Program-made: the position numbers and the translations under genes
The notes under the pieces: generated by a model
The model's input: only the letters and a program-made list of their open reading frames with translations
Told to the model about the DNA's origin: nothing
Database searches by the model: none
Shown: positions 37,291 through 46,857 of the stretch, in pieces
How positions within the stretch are numbered: position 1 is the first letter of the stretch
Layout of the letters: the number at the start of each line of letters is the position of its first letter
Assembly: GCA_964342695.1 (NCBI GenBank)
Contig: CAYFFV010000004.1
Coordinates: forward strand, 33,402-97,401
From: an uncultured Vicinamibacteraceae bacterium
GTDB lineage: Bacteria; Acidobacteriota; Vicinamibacteria; Vicinamibacterales; UBA8438
Reading direction: 5' to 3'
DNA: 64,000 nucleotides

Positions 37291-38976
37291 TTACTGTTTT
37301 CTATGATTCTCGGTTTTTATCCATTGACCGATGGAATCAATAAGTTCTTTCGAAACTTGCCGTTCAAACAATTGAGTGTAATCACCCAATCCTGTTTCAC
37401 TAAAAGAAACTAGAACATGATCTATATTCGGGAACCTAATAGTTTCTGTGGTTGATTCTCGGCGGCGACGATTTTCGGCAAAACTTGATAGTCGATCAGC
37501 ATGATGAGCTGGTATTTGTTCATCTAATTCGCCGTGGATGATCAGGATCGGTTGGCGAGTACGTCGAATAACATCTTCTGGGTCAAATTCTAGGAAGCTA
37601 CGAAACCAGGCTGTGTCGGCACGTCGACGCATGTGTTCTGGTATACCGTCCCAATCTCTTTCACCAAGAACAGCATCAATGATTTGTGTTTGCAGTAAGG
37701 TTTGTTCTGCTCGTTGTTCTTTAGGCACTTCAAGCCATCCGAGACGATTTTTCTGCTGCTCAAGCACTAGGTCTGTCCCTGGAGTTCCAGGGGTAGCCAA
37801 AAGGATTAAATTATCGATTGCTCGCTCTCTATAAGCAGCATTTAGAGCGATCCATCCACCTTCACCATGTCCCAGTAAAACGATGCGATCCCTGTCTACG
37901 TCTTTACGTCGCATAACATGTTCCGCGACAGCTAAAACGTCATCGGAATATTCTTCTAGGCCAGCCGATTCAGGTCTCCCTCCACTCTGTCCGACACCGC
38001 GTTTGTCATACCGAACAACAAGATGTCCTAATTCTGCCAATCCAGTTGCAAGCTGAGCGAACAAAGGGACACCATCGATGTTTTCGTCTCGGTCTACAAG
38101 CCCGGTTCCCGGAACTAAAATTATCGCAGGCCAGCCATCTTCTGGCTGTTGATAATCAACAGGTAGCGTTACAGTGGAAGCAAGACTAAAGCCGCGTGCA
38201 GGCACACGAATTTGAATATCTCCAGGATGGCTTCGACTTGTTAAACGTGTTGATACAAGTGAAAGATCTTGTCGCGCGACATCAATCTTTACCTGCGGAA
38301 GATTCACGCGTAGTAAACGCTGACGTTGATCGACCCAGATATCTGCTTCAAGTTGTTGGTTTTCATACCGCAAGAGGGTTCGGTAAATCAATGCTGATAC
38401 TTGAGTCTGCGCAGTCTGAATTTGTTGAGTTGTAATTCTTTGGACAACCGCAGTAATTTCACCTCGGGGAGCCACAAAAACGGGAATGATATCTCCCTCA
38501 CGGCTTTGACCTAACCGAACAGCCAGGGCTTCGTAAGCGCCAAAGAAGAAGTCAGGAAGTATAATGGCTCTAGGGTTGATCTGAAGAAGCTCAGTAGTTT
38601 CCTCGTTTCCATCTCGGATGTTACTGTTTGCGGAACCATCTGTAATTTCAGAGCGAATAACGTATTCCGTGTTGGAACGGGTGCCGTCGATAACTAGCTG
38701 ACGAGGTTTCCAAGATGCGTCGTATTCAACTTCAAATGATTCAATGTTAAGGTTTATAGGACCGGCAATTTGTCCGGTGGAATTTATCTTCCAGCCTGTT
38801 TGTGTTTGTTCGACGCCTACACGTTCGACGCCGATAGGAACGGAATTTACAAATATGGTGAAAATTGCTTCACCAGGGGCAGGTTGTTCCTGACCGTAGA
38901 GAGGTGCCGGTGCAAGGAAAATAAGTGGCCCAACGATAACCGACAGTTTCACCAGAGGTTTAAATATATCTCGCAC
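37291..38976 (-). CDS. Secreted protein with an N-terminal beta-rich domain and a C-terminal alpha/beta-hydrolase fold
   Basis: RYDKRGVGQS, GHGEGG elbow, HGELDEQI, DHVL; GTG 38976 preferred (in frame with ORF start 39009, followed by a signal peptide). Confidence 0.82.
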   Translation of the reverse strand: MRDIFKPLVKLSVIVGPLIFLAPAPLYGQEQPAPGEAIFTIFVNSVPIGVERVGVEQTQTGWKINSTGQIAGPINLNIESFEVEYDASWKPRQLVIDGTRSNTEYVIRSEITDGSANSNIRDGNEETTELLQINPRAIILPDFFFGAYEALAVRLGQSREGDIIPVFVAPRGEITAVVQRITTQQIQTAQTQVSALIYRTLLRYENQQLEADIWVDQRQRLLRVNLPQVKIDVARQDLSLVSTRLTSRSHPGDIQIRVPARGFSLASTVTLPVDYQQPEDGWPAIILVPGTGLVDRDENIDGVPLFAQLATGLAELGHLVVRYDKRGVGQSGGRPESAGLEEYSDDVLAVAEHVMRRKDVDRDRIVLLGHGEGGWIALNAAYRERAIDNLILLATPGTPGTDLVLEQQKNRLGWLEVPKEQRAEQTLLQTQIIDAVLGERDWDGIPEHMRRRADTAWFRSFLEFDPEDVIRRTRQPILIIHGELDEQIPAHHADRLSSFAENRRRRESTTETIRFPNIDHVLVSFSETGLGDYTQLFERQVSKELIDSIGQWIKTENHRKQ

Positions 38977-39010
38977 AGCCTTCCAGCATATCATTTGGAG
39001 CAAGATCATT

Positions 39011-40051
39011 ATGAATTCTCAAGAGTATACTGCTCTACACTCGGGTTCAGGAGTCATTTCTCGCACTAAAAGAGCGTTCATTGCAGTGAAGGGCGATGAC
39101 CGCGCAGAGTTTCTTCAAGGCCTTTTAACTAATGATATTAAAGGACTTAACAGTTACGAGGGCTGTTATAGTCTTTATCTAAACTCAAAAGGCCGTCTTG
39201 AAGCAGACCTCTTCGCATTTAATCTTGAAAACGTTTTACTTCTAGATGTTCCCAGTAGCGTGCACAGAATGATGGTTGATCGCTTGAATGAACTTATTTT
39301 TGCTGAGGACGTGCAAATAGAAGATTGGACCGACCAATGGGTCAGTTGTGGAGTTTTCGGTCCTTCTTCTATAAAGACTGTCGATACTGGACTCAAGATA
39401 CTTGGAATCAATACAGACGGTTTTTCGGTCGTTACAGACCTTAATCTTTATAAGTCTTTTTTGATGAAATTTGAGAAAACAGAACTTATTGTTGCTCGCA
39501 CTGACGAACATGGACCGTTAGGTTTTTCTATTCTTACCGAGCAAGCTTTCGCAGAGACATTAAGAAAAGCCTTGATGTCTACAGGTGCAGTAGAAGTAAG
39601 TGACGAGGCAATTGAAGTTGTTCGCATAGAGTCAGGTGTTCCTGCTTTTCCCGTTGACATGGATTCTGAAACCATTCCGATCGAAGCCGGAATTAGCGAA
39701 CGTGCAATAAGTTTCACAAAAGGTTGTTATGTCGGTCAGGAAGTTATTGTACGTATTATGCACCGTGGAGAAGGACGAGTAGCAAAGCGACTTGTCGGTT
39801 TGGCGCTGAGTAAGGAAACTAATACCAATCAGGCACCTGAAATATTACCGGCACTGGGCGCAGCACTGTGGCATGACGATAAGGTCGTTGGTAAATTAAC
39901 GAGCGTGACTTATTCGCCAAAATTAAGTCAAGTGGTCGGACTTGGTTATTTAACGCGACTTCTTACAGAAGTGGGCACGAAGGTAATGGTTGAAATTGAT
40001 GGTCGACGTGTCGGTTTCGTTGTTACACCCACGCCTTTCGTCGTGCCGTGA
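39011..40051 (+). CDS. ygfZ: Folate-binding YgfZ/GcvT family protein
   Basis: FLQGLLTND and KGCYVGQE signature. Confidence 0.9.
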   Translation: MNSQEYTALHSGSGVISRTKRAFIAVKGDDRAEFLQGLLTNDIKGLNSYEGCYSLYLNSKGRLEADLFAFNLENVLLLDVPSSVHRMMVDRLNELIFAEDVQIEDWTDQWVSCGVFGPSSIKTVDTGLKILGINTDGFSVVTDLNLYKSFLMKFEKTELIVARTDEHGPLGFSILTEQAFAETLRKALMSTGAVEVSDEAIEVVRIESGVPAFPVDMDSETIPIEAGISERAISFTKGCYVGQEVIVRIMHRGEGRVAKRLVGLALSKETNTNQAPEILPALGAALWHDDKVVGKLTSVTYSPKLSQVVGLGYLTRLLTEVGTKVMVEIDGRRVGFVVTPTPFVVP

Positions 40052-40058
40052 TTTGGTC

Positions 40059-40757
40059 TCATTTTTTTTTGACGAAGGGAAATGATTTACAGATGCCTCT
40101 CATTGGGCACTCATGACACCTTGGTGTTCTTGCAACACAAATAAGCGCGCCAAGATCCATAAGTGCTTGATTAAAATCAAATACATGTTTTTGAGGGAGT
40201 AATGCTTCAGAAAGTTCCCACAGATGTTTATTTATCTTACTGTTTGTTTTTGTTTCCTCACCCATAAAGATGCGGCATAAAATACGAGCAACGTTGGTAT
40301 CTACTATTGCCGTTCGTTTATTAAATCCGAAGCACTGTACAGCTCCAACCGTATAAGCTCCCAAACCTTTAAAAGATCGAAGTGTTTGCGTATCTGCAGG
40401 AAGGGTGCCTTGATGCTCTTTGACGACTTGTTTGGCTATCTTCTGGAGGCGGATCGGCCTTATATTGTAGCCAAGAGGACGCCACGTTTTGAGGACTTGA
40501 TTTTTTCTTGCAGTCGCCAGTTTTTCAAATGTTGGAAATTTGTTAATCCACTCAAAGTATTTTGGTAAAACTCGGTCAACTTGAGTTTGTTGAAGCATAA
40601 TTTCTGACACCAAAATATGGTACGGATTGTTCGTTGTTCTCCAGGGAAGGTCTCTTCCGTTTAGCCGGTACCACGCGAGCAAACGGCGCCGAAAATATAT
40701 TTTTGTTGGCGAATCCGGTAAGAGTAAACCAGATAATTCTTTCTTATGTTTCACCAT
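40059..40757 (-). CDS. mutY: A/G-specific adenine glycosylase, short form without the C-terminal MutT-like domain
   Basis: RDLPWR, VSEIMLQQT, HhH GLGAYT, VDTNVAR, FCL CVARTPRCHECPMRGIC. Confidence 0.9.
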   Translation of the reverse strand: MVKHKKELSGLLLPDSPTKIYFRRRLLAWYRLNGRDLPWRTTNNPYHILVSEIMLQQTQVDRVLPKYFEWINKFPTFEKLATARKNQVLKTWRPLGYNIRPIRLQKIAKQVVKEHQGTLPADTQTLRSFKGLGAYTVGAVQCFGFNKRTAIVDTNVARILCRIFMGEETKTNSKINKHLWELSEALLPQKHVFDFNQALMDLGALICVARTPRCHECPMRGICKSFPFVKKK

Positions 40758-40784
40758 ATCGTTTAACAGTATAGAATCCGATCT

Positions 40785-41324
40785 GTGTCACTCTACACTG
40801 GTACAGGAGATAACGGAGAAACTGGTCTCGCAGACGGAACTAGGGTTTCGAAAATCGAGGGCAGAATAGAGGCTTGTGGTGATGTTGATGAGCTGAATGC
40901 GATGCTTGGAATTGCTATGGCTGCAGGTCTCGATTCCGATCTTCAAGAGGTTTTGTCAGGGATGCAAAGTGATCTATTTGCACTCGGAGCCCATCTAGCT
41001 GATCCACGTAATGATATAAATTCACGGGTTCCTAAGGCGAAACTTGATAGCAATAGTGTTAAAAAACTAGAACAATGGATTGATAATTTCGATAGCCAGT
41101 TACCGGCATTACGAAAGTTCTTGCTTCCTGGAGGAGGAATTCAGGGTGCCAGTCTGCATGCTGCGAGGGCTGTGTCTCGAAGGGCAGAACGTCGTATCGT
41201 AGCTCTTGGAGTTGATCACGTGCCTAGTGTGGTTCTTCAATATATCAACAGGGTGTCGGATTTACTTTTTGTTTTAGCCCGGCTCGTGAACTTCCGTCAC
41301 GATTTTCAGGAGTCTGAATGGTAG
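40785..41324 (+). CDS. pduO: ATP:cob(I)alamin adenosyltransferase, PduO type
   Basis: YTGTGDNGET, GDVDELNA, RRAER, NRVSDLLFVLAR. Confidence 0.92.
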   Translation: MSLYTGTGDNGETGLADGTRVSKIEGRIEACGDVDELNAMLGIAMAAGLDSDLQEVLSGMQSDLFALGAHLADPRNDINSRVPKAKLDSNSVKKLEQWIDNFDSQLPALRKFLLPGGGIQGASLHAARAVSRRAERRIVALGVDHVPSVVLQYINRVSDLLFVLARLVNFRHDFQESEW

Positions 41325-41818
41325 TTAGTTTTGTCAGACAATTTAATCGATGCTTTTACAGTTTCAAAAATATTTCTCGCAAGTTCTTGAGAAACCTGCT
41401 GTCTGATTGATCCACAGGCTACAAGAATAAAATTTGAGTCCACTTCAATTTTCACATCCCATCTTTCGCGCTCGACATTTTCTGGAGAGCTGTTATCTTT
41501 ATCGTTTTCTGTGACAGTTTTAAAATCAGACCTGTTTGTTCGAGCTACTGCCAGCACGGCCCCACTTATTAGTAATTCAACAGAACTAATCTTATGTTTT
41601 GGAATGCATTGATTAGACCAGTAAAATGAGTCTTTGTCGTGCGAAAAAAAAAGCAATCCATTTTCAGTTGGAACCTCCGCCAGAATAGAACGACCTTGTT
41701 TCTTAAGAGATTTCCGAAGGCGTTCGTGACTACGGTGATGCCAGTGCAAGCTTGTCGCCATGGTTAGGGCGGATATAACAAGAATCGAAGCGACGATGAT
41801 GGCTATAAGATCACGCAT
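41306..41818 (-). CDS. Hypothetical protein with N-terminal membrane anchor
   Basis: 170-aa ORF, one N-terminal TM. Confidence 0.65.
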   Translation of the reverse strand: MRDLIAIIVASILVISALTMATSLHWHHRSHERLRKSLKKQGRSILAEVPTENGLLFFSHDKDSFYWSNQCIPKHKISSVELLISGAVLAVARTNRSDFKTVTENDKDNSSPENVERERWDVKIEVDSNFILVACGSIRQQVSQELARNIFETVKASIKLSDKTNYHSDS

Positions 41819-41980
41819 ATAGAAGATCTATGCTATCAGAGACACGTTACAAAGTTTTACGTCTCTTGCCGGAGTAAATGTTGTTTTTGGCGCCGATAGT
41901 GGGATATGCGTGGTTTTCTTCCGTGTGAGGGCATGGATGGCCATGAAATGGTTTTTTCGGAATTGCAAATAGGGTGCAGT

Positions 41981-43147
41981 ATGGATTCGGTCATTATTCA
42001 TTATCAAGAGATTGCTCTCAAAAAGCGAAATCGTCCTTGGTTTATTGAACGTCTCATATCGAATATAAGAATAGTGTTATGTGATTTGGACATTATAAAA
42101 GTTCGGGCGTTGATGGGGCGCATTGAAATTGTTTTAGGTGTCGGTGCTGATTGGAGTGAGGTGCAAAGTCGACTGCAGGGAGTGTTTGGTATTGCTAATT
42201 TTGCACAGGCCCGCCGCGTTAGTAGAGATTTTAAGGAACTGGAAAAATCTGTTCTTGAGGGCATTCCTAAAGAAAATGTCGAAAGTTTTCGAGTTACAGC
42301 CCGTCGCGCCGACAAGTTGTATTCATTAAAATCTCCAGAAATCGAACGATTACTCGGTGCTAGAATCCAAAAAGAACGGAATTGGTCAGTTGATTTAAAG
42401 AATCCTGAGTTAACCGTCCGTGTCGAAATTTTAAACAGGCATGCCTTTTTTATGTTTCGTCAGCATCAGGGTCCAGGCGGACTGCCTTCAGGAGTCAGCG
42501 GGAAAGTTCTTTGTCTTATTTCTGGAGGTATTGATTCACCAGTAGCGGCTTACCGATTAATGAAACGTGGTTGTCGTGTGCGTTTTGTGCATTTTCATAG
42601 TTATCCCCTCCTGTCGCATGCGTCGATAGACAAGGTAAGAGAAATTACTGAGCATCTGACGAAGTATCAGCTGTCTTCTCGTGTTTATTTTGTAGCATTT
42701 TCTGACATTCAGAGACAGATAGTATTGTCTGTTCCGTCGCCACTTCGGGTAGTTTTGTATCGACGCTTCATGATGCGTATCGCTACTCGCCTTGCACGAA
42801 AATCTAGATGTGGTGCACTTGTTACTGGTGAGGCAGTCGGTCAGGTTGCTTCCCAGACACTCGAAAATCTTGGCGTAATAGGAGATTCAGTTTCAGGTTT
42901 ACCTGTTTTGAGACCGCTTATTGGCTTAGATAAAGATGAGATTTCTTCTGAAGCTATTGGAATCGGGACATATCCAATCTCAATAATTCCCGATCAGGAT
43001 TGTTGCCAATTGTTTACGCCTCGAAATCCAGCCACTAAGGCTCGATTAAAAGAAATAGAATCAGCTGAACAGTCTCTTCCAATAGAAGGTTTAGTGGAAG
43101 AAGCTATTGAAAATGTTGAGCAAGAAGATTTCAGTTTTCCTAAGTAG
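41981..43147 (+). CDS. thiI: tRNA 4-thiouridine synthase ThiI without a C-terminal rhodanese domain
   Basis: HYQEIALKKRNR, THUMP domain, SGGIDSPVA PP-loop, GQVASQT, DCC; start set at MDSVIIHY. Confidence 0.93.
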   Translation: MDSVIIHYQEIALKKRNRPWFIERLISNIRIVLCDLDIIKVRALMGRIEIVLGVGADWSEVQSRLQGVFGIANFAQARRVSRDFKELEKSVLEGIPKENVESFRVTARRADKLYSLKSPEIERLLGARIQKERNWSVDLKNPELTVRVEILNRHAFFMFRQHQGPGGLPSGVSGKVLCLISGGIDSPVAAYRLMKRGCRVRFVHFHSYPLLSHASIDKVREITEHLTKYQLSSRVYFVAFSDIQRQIVLSVPSPLRVVLYRRFMMRIATRLARKSRCGALVTGEAVGQVASQTLENLGVIGDSVSGLPVLRPLIGLDKDEISSEAIGIGTYPISIIPDQDCCQLFTPRNPATKARLKEIESAEQSLPIEGLVEEAIENVEQEDFSFPK

Positions 43148-43162
43148 TTCTAATAAATGTGG

Positions 43163-43690
43163 CTACTCGAAGGGTCTAAAGCTATTTTTAAGATAGTCCT
43201 TAAGCGCATCATGGGTGCTTTTAAAAGCTAATTCTGGCCAAGGCAATTCTCCTGTTTTGAACCAAGCTGCATCAGATGATTCATCTTCTGCACGCAAAGT
43301 TCCTCCGCTTACTGAAGCCGCATAAACAATAATGATGGGAATTTCACCCTTGTAAGAATATACGCCAACGAGTTCAAGAATATTAATCTCTAAATTTGCT
43401 TCTTCTTTAGCTTCTCGACGAGCAGCAGTCAGGTGCTGTTCTCCCCGATCTACATATCCACCGGGAAAAACCCATTTTCCGTAACCTGGTTCAATGGATC
43501 TTTTGACTAAAGCAATTTCATCCTGTTGGTTTCGAATAATAGTTCCTACCGCTACTTTCGGATCCAAGTAAACAATAAAGTCACATTTGGCACAGACGGG
43601 ACGTTCTGGCTCACCCTGTTTAACTAATTTTTCGTTGAGTGTCCCGCCACATAGAGGGCAAAAACGATAGAGTGCATTGTGTTTGTGCAT
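43163..43690 (-). CDS. NUDIX hydrolase with N-terminal zinc ribbon
   Basis: FCPLCG…CAKC, Nudix box GGYVDRGE…ARREAKEE. Confidence 0.92.
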   Translation of the reverse strand: MHKHNALYRFCPLCGGTLNEKLVKQGEPERPVCAKCDFIVYLDPKVAVGTIIRNQQDEIALVKRSIEPGYGKWVFPGGYVDRGEQHLTAARREAKEEANLEINILELVGVYSYKGEIPIIIVYAASVSGGTLRAEDESSDAAWFKTGELPWPELAFKSTHDALKDYLKNSFRPFE

Positions 43691-43730
43691 TGATATATTT
43701 CACTTTGACCCTAACGTATAATGATGAGGC

Positions 43731-44258
43731 ATGTCTATTTTAAAAATTGCAAAGATGGGGCACCCAGTTCTTCGTGAGCCGGCGCGTGCTATTGAGCCAA
43801 ATGAGATTCGAACTCCAATGGTCCAACAATTGATTGATGACATGTTTGAGACAATGCGTGAATACGAAGGGATTGGTTTAGCTGCTCCTCAAGTGCATCA
43901 AGGTTTACGGCTTTTTGTCGCAGGTATTGACGATCCAGAAGCTACTATGCCTGAAGTCGTCATGATTAACCCAGTTATCGAACCAGTAAGCGATGACGTT
44001 GAGGAGGATTGGGAAGGTTGTCTGAGTATTCCTGATATTCGTGGAAAGGTTCCGAGGTTTGTAGATATTCGGTTACAGGCTCTTGATCGTCAAGGAAAGA
44101 CATTATCGATGACAGCTTCAGGTTTTCCTGCGCGGGTTATTCAACATGAGACTGATCATCTTGATGGCGTGTTATTTTTTGATCGAATGAAAACGTTTAA
44201 CAGTTTAACTTTTTTAAGTGAATATGCTCGTTTTTGGGCCAAAGACGACACGATCTAA
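43731..44258 (+). CDS. def: Peptide deformylase
   Basis: GIGLAAPQ, EGCLS, QHETDHLDG. Confidence 0.97.
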   Translation: MSILKIAKMGHPVLREPARAIEPNEIRTPMVQQLIDDMFETMREYEGIGLAAPQVHQGLRLFVAGIDDPEATMPEVVMINPVIEPVSDDVEEDWEGCLSIPDIRGKVPRFVDIRLQALDRQGKTLSMTASGFPARVIQHETDHLDGVLFFDRMKTFNSLTFLSEYARFWAKDDTI

Positions 44259-44260
44259 AT

Positions 44261-45883
44261 TTAGGAAGAAGGGTCTCTTTGGTTTTTCTTTTGACGTTTT
44301 TCAGCAGAACGTTCAGCTTCTAATCTTTCAAGTTCAATTTCGGAATGGTCGGCAAAAATCATGCTTTCGGCTATCGCTTTATGACCCGCCTTGTCAGCAA
44401 TTAATCGATGCATTTGTTGGCAGACTCGGCGGTAAGAGGGATGTCCTTGGGGAGAGGTGCGGAGCTCAATTACATGCATCGCTTCCCGGGCATTCATCTG
44501 CATATAAAAACGGATTCTGTAAGCCATTGAGACAGCGTACTGTGCGACCGAAGGCGAATATTCTTGTACTAGTCGGTGCTGCAAGTCTGCCGATTCTTCA
44601 ATTATGCGATTCCAATCAGATTTAGCGCCGACTTCTTCTATAACCGCTGGCTGCACATGGCCATGAAGCGTAGTCAATGTTTGCCAATCGATTGTTAGCA
44701 TTCGATGACGTTGTAAATCACGGAAGGCTCCGTAATCGGATAACACATCAAAGCAATAAGTGGCGTGTTCGAAGGCTCGTCCTGGACGATGCCTCCGGTT
44801 CTGCCGTTCACCAACATAAGCTTTCAAAACACGGATTCTGTCATCGGTCGGCATGTTACGCGCCGTAGACAAAAGTTGATCATAAGGCACATGAGAAGAC
44901 GCATAGAGAACTGCAGCAACGACTTTAATTTCTCCGTCGGGATCAAAGTCACTAAGGGTTACCTCTGGTTTAGTTTCTGGTGTGGTATCTTGGAGAAGTT
45001 CCCGGGCAAGAATATCTGCTTCCTGTCGTCTATTTGATAGATATTTTGACCAAGCCACACCACGATCCGTACGATCGACGCGAGTCAAAAATGCTGGAAT
45101 CACTTTTCGTAATTCACTGAGCATCTGGATGCCGACCCCATTAGCTTCTAGGAGCGGATGTGCTTTCATGGCTAAAAGTAAGGACTCAAAGGCTTGGCCC
45201 GAACCAAAAATCCCGACATTTGATTGTGTAGCAGACGGGAGTAGTCCACGCAATGAATCTAGTGCTTTTGCTCGAATCGCAGCAACATATATCGCCTCAG
45301 AATCGCTCTTTGATTTTGGGTAAAGTGTGCGGTAGTGGGATTCTATCGGTTTAATCCAACTAGCGTAAATTTCAAAAGCTCGGTCGAGGCGTTCGACAAA
45401 TAGATTTCGTAATCCGGATTCAATTATTTCATCTGGAATCACGTATTTCCAACGTCCGTTAGGCCGGTCGGTGTAGGGGACATATCTTGTCGATTGCTCA
45501 AGATATGACATGAGTCGGCCACGTTCTAAAACTTTTGTAAGAACGTTTGAAACTCCTTCACATGCGATGTGGGCTCCACCTAGCTGGGCAACAGAATCGT
45601 CACCATAATCGCCAAATACTTTTGCGTAAAGGCGCTCTGCCCTTTCGAGTCCGGCGTCCGAACTCCGTTGAGCGTTTTGGTTGACGTGACTATAGAACTC
45701 ATCAAGAAAAAGGCGCCGAACCGTCTTTGCTGACCGTGAGTAACGGGCGAAGAGGGCACCCTTTACGACTTCTGGTAAATTGGTCAAAACAAAAATACGT
45801 TGATCAACGTTCCCAAAATATGGATTGAGAGCATTTTGTTCGTCTAAATTGAAAGAATCACTCGTCAAAGTCGAATCAGGCAC
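44261..45883 (-). CDS. thyX: FAD-dependent thymidylate synthase, duplicated-domain type
   Basis: YGDDSVAQL, YLEQSTRY, RDLQRHR, ELRTSPQGH. Confidence 0.85.
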   Translation of the reverse strand: MPDSTLTSDSFNLDEQNALNPYFGNVDQRIFVLTNLPEVVKGALFARYSRSAKTVRRLFLDEFYSHVNQNAQRSSDAGLERAERLYAKVFGDYGDDSVAQLGGAHIACEGVSNVLTKVLERGRLMSYLEQSTRYVPYTDRPNGRWKYVIPDEIIESGLRNLFVERLDRAFEIYASWIKPIESHYRTLYPKSKSDSEAIYVAAIRAKALDSLRGLLPSATQSNVGIFGSGQAFESLLLAMKAHPLLEANGVGIQMLSELRKVIPAFLTRVDRTDRGVAWSKYLSNRRQEADILARELLQDTTPETKPEVTLSDFDPDGEIKVVAAVLYASSHVPYDQLLSTARNMPTDDRIRVLKAYVGERQNRRHRPGRAFEHATYCFDVLSDYGAFRDLQRHRMLTIDWQTLTTLHGHVQPAVIEEVGAKSDWNRIIEESADLQHRLVQEYSPSVAQYAVSMAYRIRFYMQMNAREAMHVIELRTSPQGHPSYRRVCQQMHRLIADKAGHKAIAESMIFADHSEIELERLEAERSAEKRQKKNQRDPSS

Positions 45884-45940
45884 ACGTTATAATTGACGGT
45901 CAAGTAGGTAGACGTCAAATTAAACTGTGTACTTCTTGTT

Positions 45941-46732
45941 GTGAAGATAAGTCTTATTCCGGGTTTTAACCCCGGTCCATTCACGGGTTCTGGTAACAAT
46001 ACCTACTTAATTAGTGGGTCTGAACCTGCACTGATTGATGCAGCTACGGGGTCGGAAGCTCATTTAAAAGAGTTAAAGAGCAGCCTTGGGAGAGGTTTTC
46101 TTTCACGCGTACTTATCACACATGGTCATAATGATCACGTCAGTGGGGTGACAGCAATATCTAAATGTTGGCCAAATGTTGAATGTATTAAGATTCCGTG
46201 GCGCGAACGCGACAAGAGATACGAGGTTAAGTGGAAAAGTATTAGCGATGGAGATGAGATCCGTGCGGGTGACTGTTTGCTGCGAGTGATTTTTACTCCT
46301 GGACACGCACCCGATCACGCAGCTTTTTTTGAAGAAACCAGTAAAACATTATTTTGTGGTGATCTCATGATCAAAGGAAGCACTACTGTTATTCCAGCGA
46401 GATCTGGAGGGAGCTTACTTGCGTATATGGAAAGTCTGCAAGCTATTATTAAATTAGATCCACTGCGTGTGCTTCCTGCCCATGGACCTGAAATTGAAAA
46501 TCCAATTTTACTTGCTCAAAATTATCTCGATCATCGGAGAAAACGAGAGGGGCAGATAATAAGTGAACTGAAAAATGGTTGTGCGACACTACCGTTATTG
46601 GTTGATCGTATTTATTCTCATGTATCAAGTAATTTGGTAGAAGCGGCATCAGAGACTGTTTTGGCGCATCTAGAAAAATTAGAAATAGAGGGTCTAATAG
46701 CGGAAAAAGAAGGAGAATGGCACCTTATCTAG
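45941..46732 (+). CDS. MBL-fold metallohydrolase (LACTB2-like, C-terminal wHTH)
   Basis: NPGPFTGSGNNTY, THGHNDH, TPGHAPDH, PAHGP. Confidence 0.9.
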   Translation: MKISLIPGFNPGPFTGSGNNTYLISGSEPALIDAATGSEAHLKELKSSLGRGFLSRVLITHGHNDHVSGVTAISKCWPNVECIKIPWRERDKRYEVKWKSISDGDEIRAGDCLLRVIFTPGHAPDHAAFFEETSKTLFCGDLMIKGSTTVIPARSGGSLLAYMESLQAIIKLDPLRVLPAHGPEIENPILLAQNYLDHRRKREGQIISELKNGCATLPLLVDRIYSHVSSNLVEAASETVLAHLEKLEIEGLIAEKEGEWHLI

Positions 46733-46857
46733 ATGCGGATCGAAAATAAAGTCTTTAGTTGTGTTGTTTGTTCTGGTTATAACGCGCGGATAGATTTTTT
46801 AGGTAGCAATTATTTTCCTACCTTATCTTAGATAAAGATTGGTTTATACATAAGCAA

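Noticed and set aside
41820-41980. Structured ncRNA ahead of thiI
   Set aside because: Only one short stem (AGAGAC/GTCTCT) and no recognisable family motif
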